Shown here piece by piece: positions 10,933-21,648 of a DNA stretch of 64,000 nucleotides (position 1 is its first letter; each line of letters starts with the position of its first letter). The position numbers and the translations under genes are program-made. The stretch is from Thermodesulfobacteriota bacterium (GTDB lineage Bacteria; Desulfobacterota_D; UBA1144; Nemesobacterales; UBA2774). Location: the NCBI GenBank assembly GCA_021604765.1, contig BQJP01000002.1:40191-104190 (forward strand), given 5' to 3'. Under the pieces are notes generated by a model, which was not told the DNA's origin, ran no database searches, and saw only the letters and a program-made list of their open reading frames with translations.

Positions 10933-11184
10933 CTATCTTTTCACCATACGATAGATAAGCAGTAATACGATCGAACCCACAACGGCAAATATAAAGCTAG
11001 TAAGGTTAAAACCAGGTTCTACACCAGCAAAACCTAGTATATTTGCAATAAAACCACCAACGAGCGCTCCGACTATACCAATAACAATAGTCATTATGAA
11101 ACCACCCGGGTCTTTCCCAGGAAGAATCATTTTAGCAACAGCACCTGCAATCAATCCAAATATTATCCAAGAAATAATTCCCAT
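10933..11184 (-). CDS. GlsB/YeaQ/YmgE family (transglycosylase-associated) membrane protein
   Basis: WIIFGLIAGAVAK...PG...GIVGALVGG pattern. Confidence 0.9.
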   Translation of the reverse strand: MGIISWIIFGLIAGAVAKMILPGKDPGGFIMTIVIGIVGALVGGFIANILGFAGVEPGFNLTSFIFAVVGSIVLLLIYRMVKR

Positions 11185-11267
11185 ATTAAGCCTCCTTTGC
11201 CTTTTATATGTAAAAAATCTTCGATGTTAAATATTACTATTAATTGTTTGGAAGATCAAAGGACAAA

Positions 11268-11717
11268 TTATTTCATTCTCTGACTATAGTCCCAAGAATA
11301 AAACCAGATCGGATCGATGCATATTGCTGTTTCGGTATCCTTTCTACTTAGCAGCCAATTGCGTAAATCTGAATTTGAATCATCTAAAAATCGGTCTATT
11401 AATTTTTCAAGCACAATAGAACCTTGTTCACGAACTAATTTAGCATTGCCCTTACCTCTCACTCCCATATAAGGGCTTTTATTTGGGCCGACTTCAAATC
11501 CACATCTATTGTTAGCTCTTAGAATCTTTGCAATTGCAGAATCATATTGAACTGCGCACCAGATTAATCCCTCTTCATATAGATACCATAAGGAAAACAC
11601 TGTTGGATAACCCTTAGAAGTAACGCATGAAAATCTTAAAGGAAATTTAGTCTGATCCAAATACTCTTCAACTTTACCAAGATCCCAATCGCCTTTAATT
11701 TCCGTCATTTTATTCAT
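11268..11717 (-). CDS. Pyridoxamine 5'-phosphate oxidase-like FMN-binding protein
   Basis: GYPTVFSLWY, GVRGKG and SWDYS pattern. Confidence 0.7.
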   Translation of the reverse strand: MNKMTEIKGDWDLGKVEEYLDQTKFPLRFSCVTSKGYPTVFSLWYLYEEGLIWCAVQYDSAIAKILRANNRCGFEVGPNKSPYMGVRGKGNAKLVREQGSIVLEKLIDRFLDDSNSDLRNWLLSRKDTETAICIDPIWFYSWDYSQRMK

Positions 11718-11839
11718 ATCCTCTTTTGTGAACTAAATTAAGTTATATTTATTATAGCTTGATTGAAAGAATATGTGAGCAAGTTGCAGATTATGAAAAT
11801 ACCATTATTCTATTTGATACGTATTTAAGGAGGAATTCT

Positions 11840-12226
11840 ATGACTAAAAAATCACTATTCACAAAAGTACTAATTCTAAATTTATTTGCTTTGATTGTTT
11901 TGATATCCTTTAGCAGTCAATCATACGCTGATAACTCTAAACAACAGAGTTCTGCATTGAGTGAAGTAGATTCGAAATATGTATGCATGATCACAGACCA
12001 AGAGTTTGCCAGAGAACAGATCCCAGTTGAAGTTGAGGGTAAAACATATTACGGCTGCTGTGAAATGTGCAAGGCTAAAATAAAAAACAATCCACAAAGT
12101 AGATTAGCTACAGATCCTGTAAGCGGAAATAACGTTGACAAAGCAGAGGCTGTGATAGGAGCCGCACCAGACGGGAAAGTTTTTTATTTTGAGAGCGAAG
12201 AGAATTTATCTCAGTACACTCCATAA
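11840..12226 (+). CDS. Secreted YHS/TRASH-domain metal-binding protein
   Basis: YVCM, GKTYYGCCEMC, DPVSG and FYFESEE; start moved to the ATG after AAGGAGG. Confidence 0.8.
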   Translation: MTKKSLFTKVLILNLFALIVLISFSSQSYADNSKQQSSALSEVDSKYVCMITDQEFAREQIPVEVEGKTYYGCCEMCKAKIKNNPQSRLATDPVSGNNVDKAEAVIGAAPDGKVFYFESEENLSQYTP

Positions 12227-12251
12227 GAAGTAAATTAGATTCCGTCACAAT

Positions 12252-13439
12252 ATGCTAGACATGAATATTAAGAATCTGAAGAGATTGGTTTACCCATTCA
12301 AATACATAGCCCCTTACCTTTTCCTAATATGCATCTTGTTTCTTGCGCCCGGTTGCGATTCAAATAATAAGAACTCATTAGATCCTGAGCTTGCAGAAAG
12401 ATTAAAACAAATTCTCACTAACAATATGGAGGAATTCGGCATTCCTGGTGCATTGGTGGGTGTTTGGATTCCCGGAGAAGGAAGGCTTATAATTGAACAA
12501 GGCGTATCCAATATTGAAAACAATGAAGCTATTGTGAAAGAAGATCATATGCGTGTAGGAAGCGTTACAAAATCATTTACTGTAACAGTAATACTTCAGC
12601 TTGCAGAAGAAGGATTAATAGATTTGAATGACCCGCTTAATAAATTTTTCCCTGAAATAGAAAATAGTGCCGCTACTGTTGGTGAGCTGGCCAATATGAG
12701 AAGCGGGATATTTAACTACACGGAAGACAACGATTTTGTTCTTGAGCTTATCCAAAACCTACTAAGAAAATGGTTACCTCAGCAACTTGTTGATGTTGCG
12801 GACAGGAATGCGCCTTATTTTCCCCCTGACGGAGGTTGGCACTACTCTAATACAAATACGGTTATTTTAGGAATGATTATAGAGCAGGTGACGGGAAATT
12901 TTGTAGGGGATGAAATTCAAGAAAGAATAATTGAGCCTCTAGGTCTTGGAGGAACAATATATCCGACATTACCTGATATACCTGACCCATTCTCTAGAGG
13001 GTATGCAGAATTTGATCCGGAAGTCGGTTTGATGGATGTTACGTTTTCTGATCCCTCTGCTTCTGCAGGTTCGGGTGCTATGATTTCAACACTATCGGAT
13101 TTACGCATCTGGGGCGAGGCGCTGGGAAGAGGAACCCTCCTTAATAAAGAAACTTGGCAAGTGCAAATAAACAGCTTAAGTCCGATCGTATTTGATCCAT
13201 GTGATGACGACGATCCTGAAAGAGCGAAGAGAGAATGCCCTGAATATGATAAATACGGCCTCGGAATCGGAGAGCTAAACGGTTGGATCGGACATACTGG
13301 AGAATATATAGGATACACAGCTTTAGTAATGTTCGAGCCCAAAAGCGGATCCGTGGTTGTAATCCTAATGAATATATTTGGTGTAGGAGAGCACGTTCCT
13401 ACAAAAGTATTTAGGGAATATGCAGAGATTCTGAATTGA
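12252..13439 (+). CDS. Serine hydrolase, class C beta-lactamase-related lipoprotein
   Basis: SVTK, YSN and GHTG catalytic motifs; lipobox APGC. Confidence 0.88.
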   Translation: MLDMNIKNLKRLVYPFKYIAPYLFLICILFLAPGCDSNNKNSLDPELAERLKQILTNNMEEFGIPGALVGVWIPGEGRLIIEQGVSNIENNEAIVKEDHMRVGSVTKSFTVTVILQLAEEGLIDLNDPLNKFFPEIENSAATVGELANMRSGIFNYTEDNDFVLELIQNLLRKWLPQQLVDVADRNAPYFPPDGGWHYSNTNTVILGMIIEQVTGNFVGDEIQERIIEPLGLGGTIYPTLPDIPDPFSRGYAEFDPEVGLMDVTFSDPSASAGSGAMISTLSDLRIWGEALGRGTLLNKETWQVQINSLSPIVFDPCDDDDPERAKRECPEYDKYGLGIGELNGWIGHTGEYIGYTALVMFEPKSGSVVVILMNIFGVGEHVPTKVFREYAEILN

Positions 13440-13475
13440 GTGAAATTTTAGTCTAGCCTTTTTTAATAAAGACAA

Positions 13476-14081
13476 TTATTTAAAAAGTTGGCCGAGCATT
13501 TTAGGTAACCCACTTCTGGCGAGATCTGCCATATCCACATCACCGTCGCCATCAGTATCCAACATCTGTTCAATTGCCGACATTGAATTTGGTTCCATTC
13601 TTTTCATTTCGTTAGTATCGTTGTTTAACATTTCTCTTAGAGATCCTGAATCTACGCTCCCTCGAGATTTTAATGAACGCCCTATTGCACCCATAATAAT
13701 AGGAGCTGCTATCTTTAATATCGTACTCATTGTACTAGAATCTAAACCAAACGATTTACCCATACTGGACTCTACACGAGAGCGTTTTGAACCAAATATA
13801 TGTCCCAAGATTCCATCACCCGGTCCATGATCTGGATCATTAATTAAATCATCAAGACTATCGAGTATGCTACCATCGTGGTCCCTGGAAATAGCGTTTT
13901 TCAAACTCTCTGCTTCATCTGGACGCGAAGCATTTTTAGTTAGGGCTTCTAAAAGTACAGGAAATGCTGCACTCAATGCCCCTGTAGCGTTTTCCTCACT
14001 AGTGCCAACCCTTCTGCCTAGTTGATTTATACCGCTACTCCTTGATATCGATCTGGTAATTTCTTCAAATAATTCTGACAT
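13476..14081 (-). CDS. DUF937 family protein
   Basis: HDGSILD, ILGHIFG and C-terminal LDTDGDGD. Confidence 0.75.
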   Translation of the reverse strand: MSELFEEITRSISRSSGINQLGRRVGTSEENATGALSAAFPVLLEALTKNASRPDEAESLKNAISRDHDGSILDSLDDLINDPDHGPGDGILGHIFGSKRSRVESSMGKSFGLDSSTMSTILKIAAPIIMGAIGRSLKSRGSVDSGSLREMLNNDTNEMKRMEPNSMSAIEQMLDTDGDGDVDMADLARSGLPKMLGQLFK

Positions 14082-14118
14082 AATCTCTCACCCCACTAAG
14101 ATTAAATTTGTAACCAAG

Positions 14119-14412
14119 CTAGCCATTAACTATATCTAGGAAAACTCTGTTTACAGGACCGTCTAAAATATCACGGATTTTTTGTAGATCGCCTCTTTCA
14201 GCACGCCAATGGTGGTACTTCTCATAGTGTTCTTTGGATGCCCATTTTTCTACTAAATATAAACGGCCGGAATCTTCAGCATCTGTGCATAGCGTTACAC
14301 CCTCGCATCCTTCAAAGTTGCGTGTATCAGGAAGCAGTGTTCCGAAAAATTCTTTAAATGTAGAAAGACCTTCCTCTTTTATCTTTGCGTCTACAATAAT
14401 CATTATGCTCAT
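14119..14412 (-). CDS. Antibiotic biosynthesis monooxygenase (ABM) family protein
   Basis: LPDTRNFEGC and EKWASKEHYEKY pattern. Confidence 0.8.
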   Translation of the reverse strand: MSIMIIVDAKIKEEGLSTFKEFFGTLLPDTRNFEGCEGVTLCTDAEDSGRLYLVEKWASKEHYEKYHHWRAERGDLQKIRDILDGPVNRVFLDIVNG

Positions 14413-14446
14413 CTAAGTATCTCCTTTTATGAATAACAAATTTGAA

Positions 14447-14539
14447 TGGCTGGGGCTCTTGGATACACTTCGAACCCCTGCTTATTAGAATTATTTAAGC
14501 ATTTATAATACAATTTTTCAAGAATTAATAAGGTATTAA
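14447..14539 (+). repeat. att-like repeat copy 1 (tRNA-Gln core plus recombinase-tail coding sequence, internal stop)
   Basis: TGGCTGGGGC core identical to the tRNA 3' end at 36573; translates WLGLLDTLRTPAY*NYLSIYNTIFQELIRY*. Confidence 0.85.
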
Positions 14540-14575
14540 GGTGTATTTTTTAGTACTCACATTTGTTATTAGGTC

Positions 14576-17500
14576 CTACCTAATAACATTCACGCTTCCA
14601 TCAATGCTCACCTTAATCTCTTTTGCTCCATTTGGAATATCAGAAAGAGTCGTTGCGCCTCCTGGCCACATCACACTGATCTGACTAGGATTTACAGGAG
14701 ATTTCATTAGCTGAACTGAAGAATCCTGAGACCAGTAGCCTGAGCCTGAGTGTATTTCCCTGGATGGCCCAAAACTATCACCGTTAGAAAGTCTTATTTG
14801 AGCTCCTATCCCCTCTGGATTTTCTTTAGGTCCAGCTAGGCGTATGCGCAGTCCTGGTTCTGCCTTTATATTTTGATAAAGCTTAGTCTGAGCACCATTT
14901 TGAGTAACTGCAAGATCGATTCTTCCATCATTATCAAAATCACCAAAAGCTGAACCTCTGGAATCACCGTAGACTTTAATGCCTGAGTCCTGACCCGGAA
15001 TTGATACTAAGCCGCCCTTTCCATCACCCTTTAAAATTAGCCCTCTTCCTGCATCAATACGAGGTGTTTCGATTTGTGAAGCAAAGAAGTTTTGGGCAAT
15101 AAAAACATCTTCATGACCGTCACCATTGTAATCCGCCACACCTACACCGAACGAAGGAGCAAACTGAGCCTCAATAGGTAAGGAAATCGCCTCAAAATCA
15201 TTTCCCCTATTCAGAAATACCATGTGATCAAGTGTATTTGCAGTAACTACATCTGATTTTTCAACCTCTTCGCCATATATATCTTCGATGCCTGCAGAAC
15301 CGAATTGTTCGTAAGTCTCAATTTTCGTCTTAATAAAAGGCATCGCGTTTGATGAGCATGACAACCCACGCTCGGGCACTATATCGGCCATTGTTTCGTT
15401 ATAATGCGCTTCAACTATATCGAGTGTCCCGTCCTGGTTAAAATCTTTGTAATATATGTATAATGGATGCTCATCGTCTAAATGGTATTTGTGGTTCAAA
15501 CCCCAGTTTGTGGCAACAATATCCATTCTTCCGTCACCGTCGAGGTCCCCTGTAGTAACCCCATTCCACCATCCATTATATTCTGCAAGTCCGAGATTCT
15601 CGGTAGCATCCGTATAATGACCCTTATCATTTTTGAAAACCCTCACTGGTCCCCACTCTGTGGCTAGAACGAGTTCGGGAAATCCATCTCCATTGAGATC
15701 GCTAAATACTGCGCCGCTTACCATCCCTAGCAACTTGAATTTGGCGCTATTATTTAAATCCACTTCGAATTTGCCTTTGGAGTTTATGTATAACATAGAA
15801 GACACGGGCTCTGGATACCTTCCGGGGATAGTGCGTCCACCCACAAAGAGATCAAGGTCGTTGTCTCCGTCAATATCCGCCATGGCAATAGGACCTGTTG
15901 AAGACTCTTTTCCGGGCAGTGCATCCGCAATGTTTATAGATCCTTTTTTGTAATAATAATTTAGTGCTGATGGAGAAGGACTCTTATGGTCCTCAAAATT
16001 AGAAAACCCTATAATTATTGAAGATGAATCCACATCATTACTCCAAGCAACGACTGATGTTTGATCGAGCTTTGTTTCTATATTGCTTTGAGGATCCAGA
16101 GGAGAAAACTCCCCGTTATCATTATTAATATAAATAGAAAGCTTCCCTCCCTTGCCGCTTGATATAATCAGGTCTTCGTTTCCATCTTGATTTAAGTCGT
16201 GCCATGCAATACCGGGTCCCAGCTGGCTCAGCCTGTTCGGGAGTAGTGATTGGAGCTTAAAATCGTCAAACTCTTCTTCGTGGTGTGAGTGATTTATCAG
16301 ATTGCTTACGTCTTCAAAAAAGGGCTCAGCAACAACAGGTTCTATAGGTTTTGAATCCTCAGCGTATTTTTCATCAATCAGATATATATGATTAGGTTTT
16401 ACATTTTCAATAAAACTCTTTTTGCCGCTTCTCCATGTAACCTCGATTGTCATATCATCTTTTGAATCTCCTGTGGCAAATGTAACAACAGGATCTGAGC
16501 TTGAGAGATACTTCCCTCCTGATATAACCTCTTTACTTTGTTCAACAGGGCCGCCCAGAATTTTAACTTGCGCACCAATACCATATGTATTAGGAGAAAG
16601 ACCCTTTAAACGCACCGATACCCTTGGTTGTATGGAATCGTTTCTGTATATGCTCGCTGGGCTTTCAAGATTATTAAGCACTAGGTCGAGATCCCCATCG
16701 TTATCAAGATCGGCGAGAGCAGCGCCGTGGGATATTGCCTTTAAATCCAATCCCCATTCGCTGCTTACTTCCTCAAACCTTAGATCGCCCATATTCCTGT
16801 ATGCCAGGTTCTTAGTTTCAAGTCGCGGGTAAAGCAAAAGCGCCTGCCTCTGAGCCTCTGCATCTTCAAGTTTTAATGATCTAATATGGTTTATAGTATC
16901 GGTATCCTGAACATCCCTAGCATGACCGTTTGTTACAAACAGATCTTCGTAACCGTCCAGATCGATGTCGAAAAAGACTGGCGCCCATGACCATTCTGAA
17001 TCCTCAAGGCCGCTTAAGTTAGCTATCTCAGCGTAGGTGTTATCTCCTCTGTTGAGAAATAACGTGTTACGCATTATCTGCGGACGGTTGTCGATTTCAC
17101 CAATTGATGCCGGCGTTGGCTTCATAGTTCCCATCTGCATTTTCCTGAGCCTGTGGTCACGGCTCAACATATCAACAACAAAAAAATCATAGTCCCCATC
17201 CCGGTCTATATCAGAGACATCAACTCCCATAGAAGTGGCACTAGTATTTCTAAGAGCAACTTTGTCTATTGCTCTAAACTTACCGCTGCCGTCATTAATC
17301 CATACCCTCTCAGGACTCCAGAAATCGTTACATACATAAATATCCGGGTCACCGTCTTTGTCCATATCCTGTAGAATTGCGGAAAGACCCCAGTCTAGAG
17401 GTGGTCCTGATAAATTTTTGCCGTCCTCGTCTACAAATGTGCCGTCTGTCCAGGATAGGGGAGTAAAATTTCCATTCCCGTCGTTGATATAAAGAAAATC

Positions 17501-18277
17501 CGGTTCTCCGTATTCCTTTAACTTTCCGTCTACTATAACAATCCGGTCCTTGAGTTCATCTGGTATGGAGAGTTTGCCGTCTACCATCTCAAGAGTGAGT
17601 TCTGTTGCCTGATCTTTTATAGTTTCAGCGCGGTAATTTGCTGTATATAAATCCAGGTCACCGTCGCCATCTATATCTGCAAGTGCTACAGAATGGGTTC
17701 CGTATTCGTTATTAAGCCCGGCAGATCCTGTGATATTCTTGAATTTTCCATTGCCCTCATTAAGAAAAAGTTTTACTCCATTTCCAAGTCCGCCAACTAT
17801 AAGATCCTGGTCATAGTCACCGTCCACATCAGCAAATGTAGCCCCAGTTGAAAACTGCTGGGCGAGCGCGATGTCAGCACCAGCTTCCGAAGTTACATCT
17901 TTAAATTTCCAGCCACCAAGGTTTTTATAAAGCACATTTGGACCATCCAGGCTAGAGAAATATATATCTGCGAGCCCATCGTTATCTATGTCCCCTGCAG
18001 CCACACCTGACCCATTGTTACGTATTCGGTTTGAGGTTGATTGCTCGTCTTTTAATGTATTACGAAACGTAATGCCTGTTTGTTCAGAAGTAAGTGATGT
18101 AAAGCCTGTTTTTCCATCTACTGGAACGTTAAGAAGCTTGAAGCTAAAACCTTCTTCATTATTCCAGCCTTTGCCGTCACTATAAGGTCCGGACTCATCA
18201 CTTTTACATCCTGGGAAAAATAATAACCCTGAAACAACTAAGGTAATGAATGTTATTATGAAACTTTTTCTTCTCAT
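14576..18277 (-). CDS. FG-GAP/VCBS repeat lipoprotein with ASPIC/UnbV domains (CRTAC1-like)
   Basis: Many DxDxDGDxD repeats, two ASPIC-like segments (GxGY[LW]S[SQ]), lipobox FPGC. Confidence 0.88.
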   Translation of the reverse strand: MRRKSFIITFITLVVSGLLFFPGCKSDESGPYSDGKGWNNEEGFSFKLLNVPVDGKTGFTSLTSEQTGITFRNTLKDEQSTSNRIRNNGSGVAAGDIDNDGLADIYFSSLDGPNVLYKNLGGWKFKDVTSEAGADIALAQQFSTGATFADVDGDYDQDLIVGGLGNGVKLFLNEGNGKFKNITGSAGLNNEYGTHSVALADIDGDGDLDLYTANYRAETIKDQATELTLEMVDGKLSIPDELKDRIVIVDGKLKEYGEPDFLYINDGNGNFTPLSWTDGTFVDEDGKNLSGPPLDWGLSAILQDMDKDGDPDIYVCNDFWSPERVWINDGSGKFRAIDKVALRNTSATSMGVDVSDIDRDGDYDFFVVDMLSRDHRLRKMQMGTMKPTPASIGEIDNRPQIMRNTLFLNRGDNTYAEIANLSGLEDSEWSWAPVFFDIDLDGYEDLFVTNGHARDVQDTDTINHIRSLKLEDAEAQRQALLLYPRLETKNLAYRNMGDLRFEEVSSEWGLDLKAISHGAALADLDNDGDLDLVLNNLESPASIYRNDSIQPRVSVRLKGLSPNTYGIGAQVKILGGPVEQSKEVISGGKYLSSSDPVVTFATGDSKDDMTIEVTWRSGKKSFIENVKPNHIYLIDEKYAEDSKPIEPVVAEPFFEDVSNLINHSHHEEEFDDFKLQSLLPNRLSQLGPGIAWHDLNQDGNEDLIISSGKGGKLSIYINNDNGEFSPLDPQSNIETKLDQTSVVAWSNDVDSSSIIIGFSNFEDHKSPSPSALNYYYKKGSINIADALPGKESSTGPIAMADIDGDNDLDLFVGGRTIPGRYPEPVSSMLYINSKGKFEVDLNNSAKFKLLGMVSGAVFSDLNGDGFPELVLATEWGPVRVFKNDKGHYTDATENLGLAEYNGWWNGVTTGDLDGDGRMDIVATNWGLNHKYHLDDEHPLYIYYKDFNQDGTLDIVEAHYNETMADIVPERGLSCSSNAMPFIKTKIETYEQFGSAGIEDIYGEEVEKSDVVTANTLDHMVFLNRGNDFEAISLPIEAQFAPSFGVGVADYNGDGHEDVFIAQNFFASQIETPRIDAGRGLILKGDGKGGLVSIPGQDSGIKVYGDSRGSAFGDFDNDGRIDLAVTQNGAQTKLYQNIKAEPGLRIRLAGPKENPEGIGAQIRLSNGDSFGPSREIHSGSGYWSQDSSVQLMKSPVNPSQISVMWPGGATTLSDIPNGAKEIKVSIDGSVNVIR

Positions 18278-18485
18278 ATAACACACCGGTAGTAAAGATT
18301 TAATTTGTTTTATATAAGTCTTATTTTGAATGTAGTTCCTACGCCTAATTAATATTATACCTAAAACAAAAAATTGTGAATATCAATCAATAGACTATTG
18401 CATATATATTCATAATATGATATTTTGGGGTTATAGCTTTTACCCTGTTGGTTAAAAGCAATAAATAATGGCGGAGGAAGGAAAT

Positions 18486-19379
18486 ATGAATATTCCAAAA
18501 GTGTTTTATTTAGCGGCATTTGCGCTTTTTGGATTGGTTTTTATGACTTTACCTAGTTATTCCCAAGTTACAGAAACTTACTGTAGCACAGATGTGCCAC
18601 TCCCTGTACCCCCAACAGGCACGGGAGGTTTTGGTACTGCCCCTACACTGTCCGACCTAGTTGTACCGGCTAGTGCTATTGAAGGTGGTGAGGTTACAAA
18701 AGTAGTAGTGAAAATGTATATAACTCATACATTTGATTCTGACCTTGAAATATCGTTGGATTCTCCCATTGCTACTAATGTAGAGATAAGCACTGATAAC
18801 GGAGGCGCAGGAGATGATTACGGAAGTACCTGCGGCACTGATGATATGGACCCTGATTCTGTGTTTGACGACGATGCCGGAACAGCTGTAACTGATGGTG
18901 CAGCACCATTTGTAGGTTCATTTAGTCCTGAAGGGTTGTTACGCGACTTTAATGGAGAGGATCAAGAAGGTACCTGGACACTTATAGTTGGAGATGATGC
19001 GACTGGTGATTCAGGAACTTTAAACTGCTGGTGTCTTGATATTACAACATCAGAACCACTAGAAACTGAAGGTATATTTCCAGCAGTTAGTAATAACTAC
19101 AACTCTATGACAGCCAGCGGAGCTAGTCCTGGTGGTAATGTGGCATTCTTATGGTCATTCATGTATGGCTCGACAACTATTGCTGGACCAGTGTGTCCTG
19201 GTCTTGAAGTCGGGTTAAGTCCGGTGAATATTCTGGCGATAGAAACTGCCGATGTAGACGGAATGGCTGAGGCAATATTTTTTGTGCCGCATTGGGCCAT
19301 AGTATTATATACACAGATAGTTGATATTGACACATGTCGTGCGGGTGAAGTTATCGAAAACGTACACTCGAACAACTAG
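18486..19379 (+). CDS. Secreted protein with proprotein convertase P-like domain and a C-terminal Cys-containing module
   Basis: ITHTFDSDLEISLDSP and GTWTLIVGDDATGDSGTLNCWCL; C-terminus resembles the two C-terminal repeats of 46150-48021. Confidence 0.75.
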   Translation: MNIPKVFYLAAFALFGLVFMTLPSYSQVTETYCSTDVPLPVPPTGTGGFGTAPTLSDLVVPASAIEGGEVTKVVVKMYITHTFDSDLEISLDSPIATNVEISTDNGGAGDDYGSTCGTDDMDPDSVFDDDAGTAVTDGAAPFVGSFSPEGLLRDFNGEDQEGTWTLIVGDDATGDSGTLNCWCLDITTSEPLETEGIFPAVSNNYNSMTASGASPGGNVAFLWSFMYGSTTIAGPVCPGLEVGLSPVNILAIETADVDGMAEAIFFVPHWAIVLYTQIVDIDTCRAGEVIENVHSNN

Positions 19380-19435
19380 CAGGTATTTTTGTTGTGTTTA
19401 ATTTGCAAGATGTTTATTAATAATTGAAAACGACT

Positions 19436-19466
19436 GGGGCAAACTAAAACGGTTTGCCCCTTTTTT
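19436..19466 (+). terminator. Rho-independent terminator
   Basis: ggggcaaac-loop-gtttgcccc followed by a T-tract. Confidence 0.85.
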
Positions 19467-19607
19467 ATTTAGCTTGAAAGCTATGTCGTAAGAAATTTAT
19501 CCTCAACTTAATATTGAACAAACTATAGAGGCCCTACCAGTTTAATTTTAAATTACATTTAACCTATAGAATTAGGAATCTGCTTGAGATTATATTATTA
19601 GAAAGTT

Positions 19608-19703
19608 TGGCTGGGGCTCTTGTATACACTTCGAACCCCAACTTACTATGAATATTTAAGCATTGATAACACAATATTTCAAGAATATGCTTTGGTTGGT
19701 TAA
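19608..19703 (+). repeat. att-like repeat copy 2
   Basis: TGGCTGGGGCTCTTGTATACACTTCGAACCCC...; translates WLGLLYTLRTPTYYEYLSIDNTIFQEYALVG*. Confidence 0.88.
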
Positions 19704-19743
19704 TTTAGTTATCATTAGAAATTGTATTTAAAGAGAATAATGA

Positions 19744-21120
19744 CTATACAGACTGTCCTTTACCATCTAATATAGCTATTAGTTGCATATATCTTAGATC
19801 AACGTCTTCTCTATCCAGTTGCTCAGGTAATGACTCATCGCTACTTCTCTTTATCATTTCTGCATGCTGTCCGATTGCCTGTTTATCTTTATCTCTACTT
19901 GTGTTGGAAGCAATTACAATCAAACTTTCCAGAAGACGAATGGTTACAGAAACACTGTTTCTTCCATATTGACGTATTTGGTTAAATGCAGAATTTAACA
20001 AATCATCAAAAGTCTTTGGTTTGGCCAAAACTCTTAAATTATTATTTTTATCATAGCGATAAGCTGATGGCGTAGATCTTCCAGCTACCCTGCTGAGTGC
20101 TACAGAAAGATTATCTATACACATAATAGCAGTAAAAGGGTCATTGATTCCTGGGGAAAGAGCTCTGACCGCGATCTCAACAAGTTGATCTATAGCAAAT
20201 TCCGTATCCTGCTCACTTGTTCTCTTATTGCCAATTAATAAAGTACTACTAATGTTATTCTGGATTTCATCATCGACTTTACTTCCTGGCCATACTGTAA
20301 CTATGGGGCTACCTTTGACAATAAAATTTCCAGGATGATTTTCTATTCTGAGAATAAGGTCTTTTTCAATTGCAATATCGAGGACCCCTGCATTATCAAT
20401 GACTCGTAGGTAGCCACTTTTAGGTGAGGTAACTGAATAGAGATCATCCTCATAGTCAACGGGTAATTCACTAGGTGTATTCCACCAATCCGGTAACTCA
20501 GTTTTTGCTTGACCTATTCTCTCAGGAAATGTGAAGTCAATTGTACGTTGAAGATTTCGACTCACACCTGAAATTACATTTGAAGCTTGGATAGAAGTTG
20601 CAGCGTGATGAATGAAATAAATTAATACACTTATACTTAAGATAGCAAATACTACACCAACAGTAACAGAGAGATGCGGGACAAAAGAACTATCTTCCCC
20701 CCCTCTTATGGTGCGTAATATCAATAGGCAGTAAGTGAATGTGGCAATGAAAGTTCCAAGTACTACTTGATTTCCCTTATCTCGCATAAAGTTGCCGAGT
20801 AGTCTTGGACCGTATTGAGTAGAGGCTAGCGTTAAGGCAACGATTGTTATCGAAAAGACCACACCAGCCACTGTAATCATAGAGCCCGCAACTGTTGAGA
20901 GAAGCGCACGCGCCCCTTCCGGTTTATTTTCATAAATCCACCCCAGCGACTCGATCCAGCTAACTTTTATAACATTGGCATCCAGATAAATCATTATAAA
21001 TGATAGTAATATTGAAGAAGAAACCATTAAAGCGGGTAAGAACCAGAAGCTTGCACTGACGGTGTACCAAATAGCTTTTACAAACCAAAATACGGATTTA
21101 ATGTTTTTCAAAAAACTCAA
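19744..21120 (-). CDS. DUF2254 family membrane protein
   Basis: SFWFLPAL, LASTQYGPRLL and RALSPGINDPFTA motifs. Confidence 0.88.
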   Translation of the reverse strand: MSFLKNIKSVFWFVKAIWYTVSASFWFLPALMVSSSILLSFIMIYLDANVIKVSWIESLGWIYENKPEGARALLSTVAGSMITVAGVVFSITIVALTLASTQYGPRLLGNFMRDKGNQVVLGTFIATFTYCLLILRTIRGGEDSSFVPHLSVTVGVVFAILSISVLIYFIHHAATSIQASNVISGVSRNLQRTIDFTFPERIGQAKTELPDWWNTPSELPVDYEDDLYSVTSPKSGYLRVIDNAGVLDIAIEKDLILRIENHPGNFIVKGSPIVTVWPGSKVDDEIQNNISSTLLIGNKRTSEQDTEFAIDQLVEIAVRALSPGINDPFTAIMCIDNLSVALSRVAGRSTPSAYRYDKNNNLRVLAKPKTFDDLLNSAFNQIRQYGRNSVSVTIRLLESLIVIASNTSRDKDKQAIGQHAEMIKRSSDESLPEQLDREDVDLRYMQLIAILDGKGQSV

Positions 21121-21293
21121 TATTTAGGCCCAGTCCTCATTGCTTTTCAGGTTCTTAGTTTTGATAATAACATATTTTAGAGAGCATTTTATTAGTATAG
21201 AAACCGTCGATAAAGTCAAAAATAAAGCGGCTCATCGAGCATAAATCGACAAACCGCTGAATGTTTGTTGTTATAACAAAATTTAATACATGT

Positions 21294-21458
21294 TCATGCC
21301 GGCGGTCGTCTTCCAAAAATAAGAGAAATTACGAACACTACCAAAAAAACGACGAATAATATTTTCGCTATACCAGCTGCTGCTCCTGCAATCCCAGTAA
21401 ATCCTAAAAACCCAGCAATCAATGCTAAAACTAAGAATGATATTGCCCAACCTAACAT
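21294..21458 (-). CDS. DUF1328 (YtjA/UPF0391) small membrane protein, absent from the ORF track
   Basis: Translated by hand: [54 protein letters not shown]; RBS GAGG. Confidence 0.9.
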   Translation of the reverse strand: MLGWAISFLVLALIAGFLGFTGIAGAAAGIAKILFVVFLVVFVISLIFGRRPPA

Positions 21459-21648
21459 AATCGCTTACCTCTTTTTGATTAAATTAACATCTTCTTAAAA
21501 ACAGTTCGCGAGAATTCGTTCTTTCAGAATAACAAAATACAGGTTATTAAAACCAAATAGGAAATAGGATATCCTCCTTCTAAGATTCACCCATTTCCCT
21601 TTTTGATTTTTCCTTAGGAACTCATTTTTATTCCCATCTAATCTATTA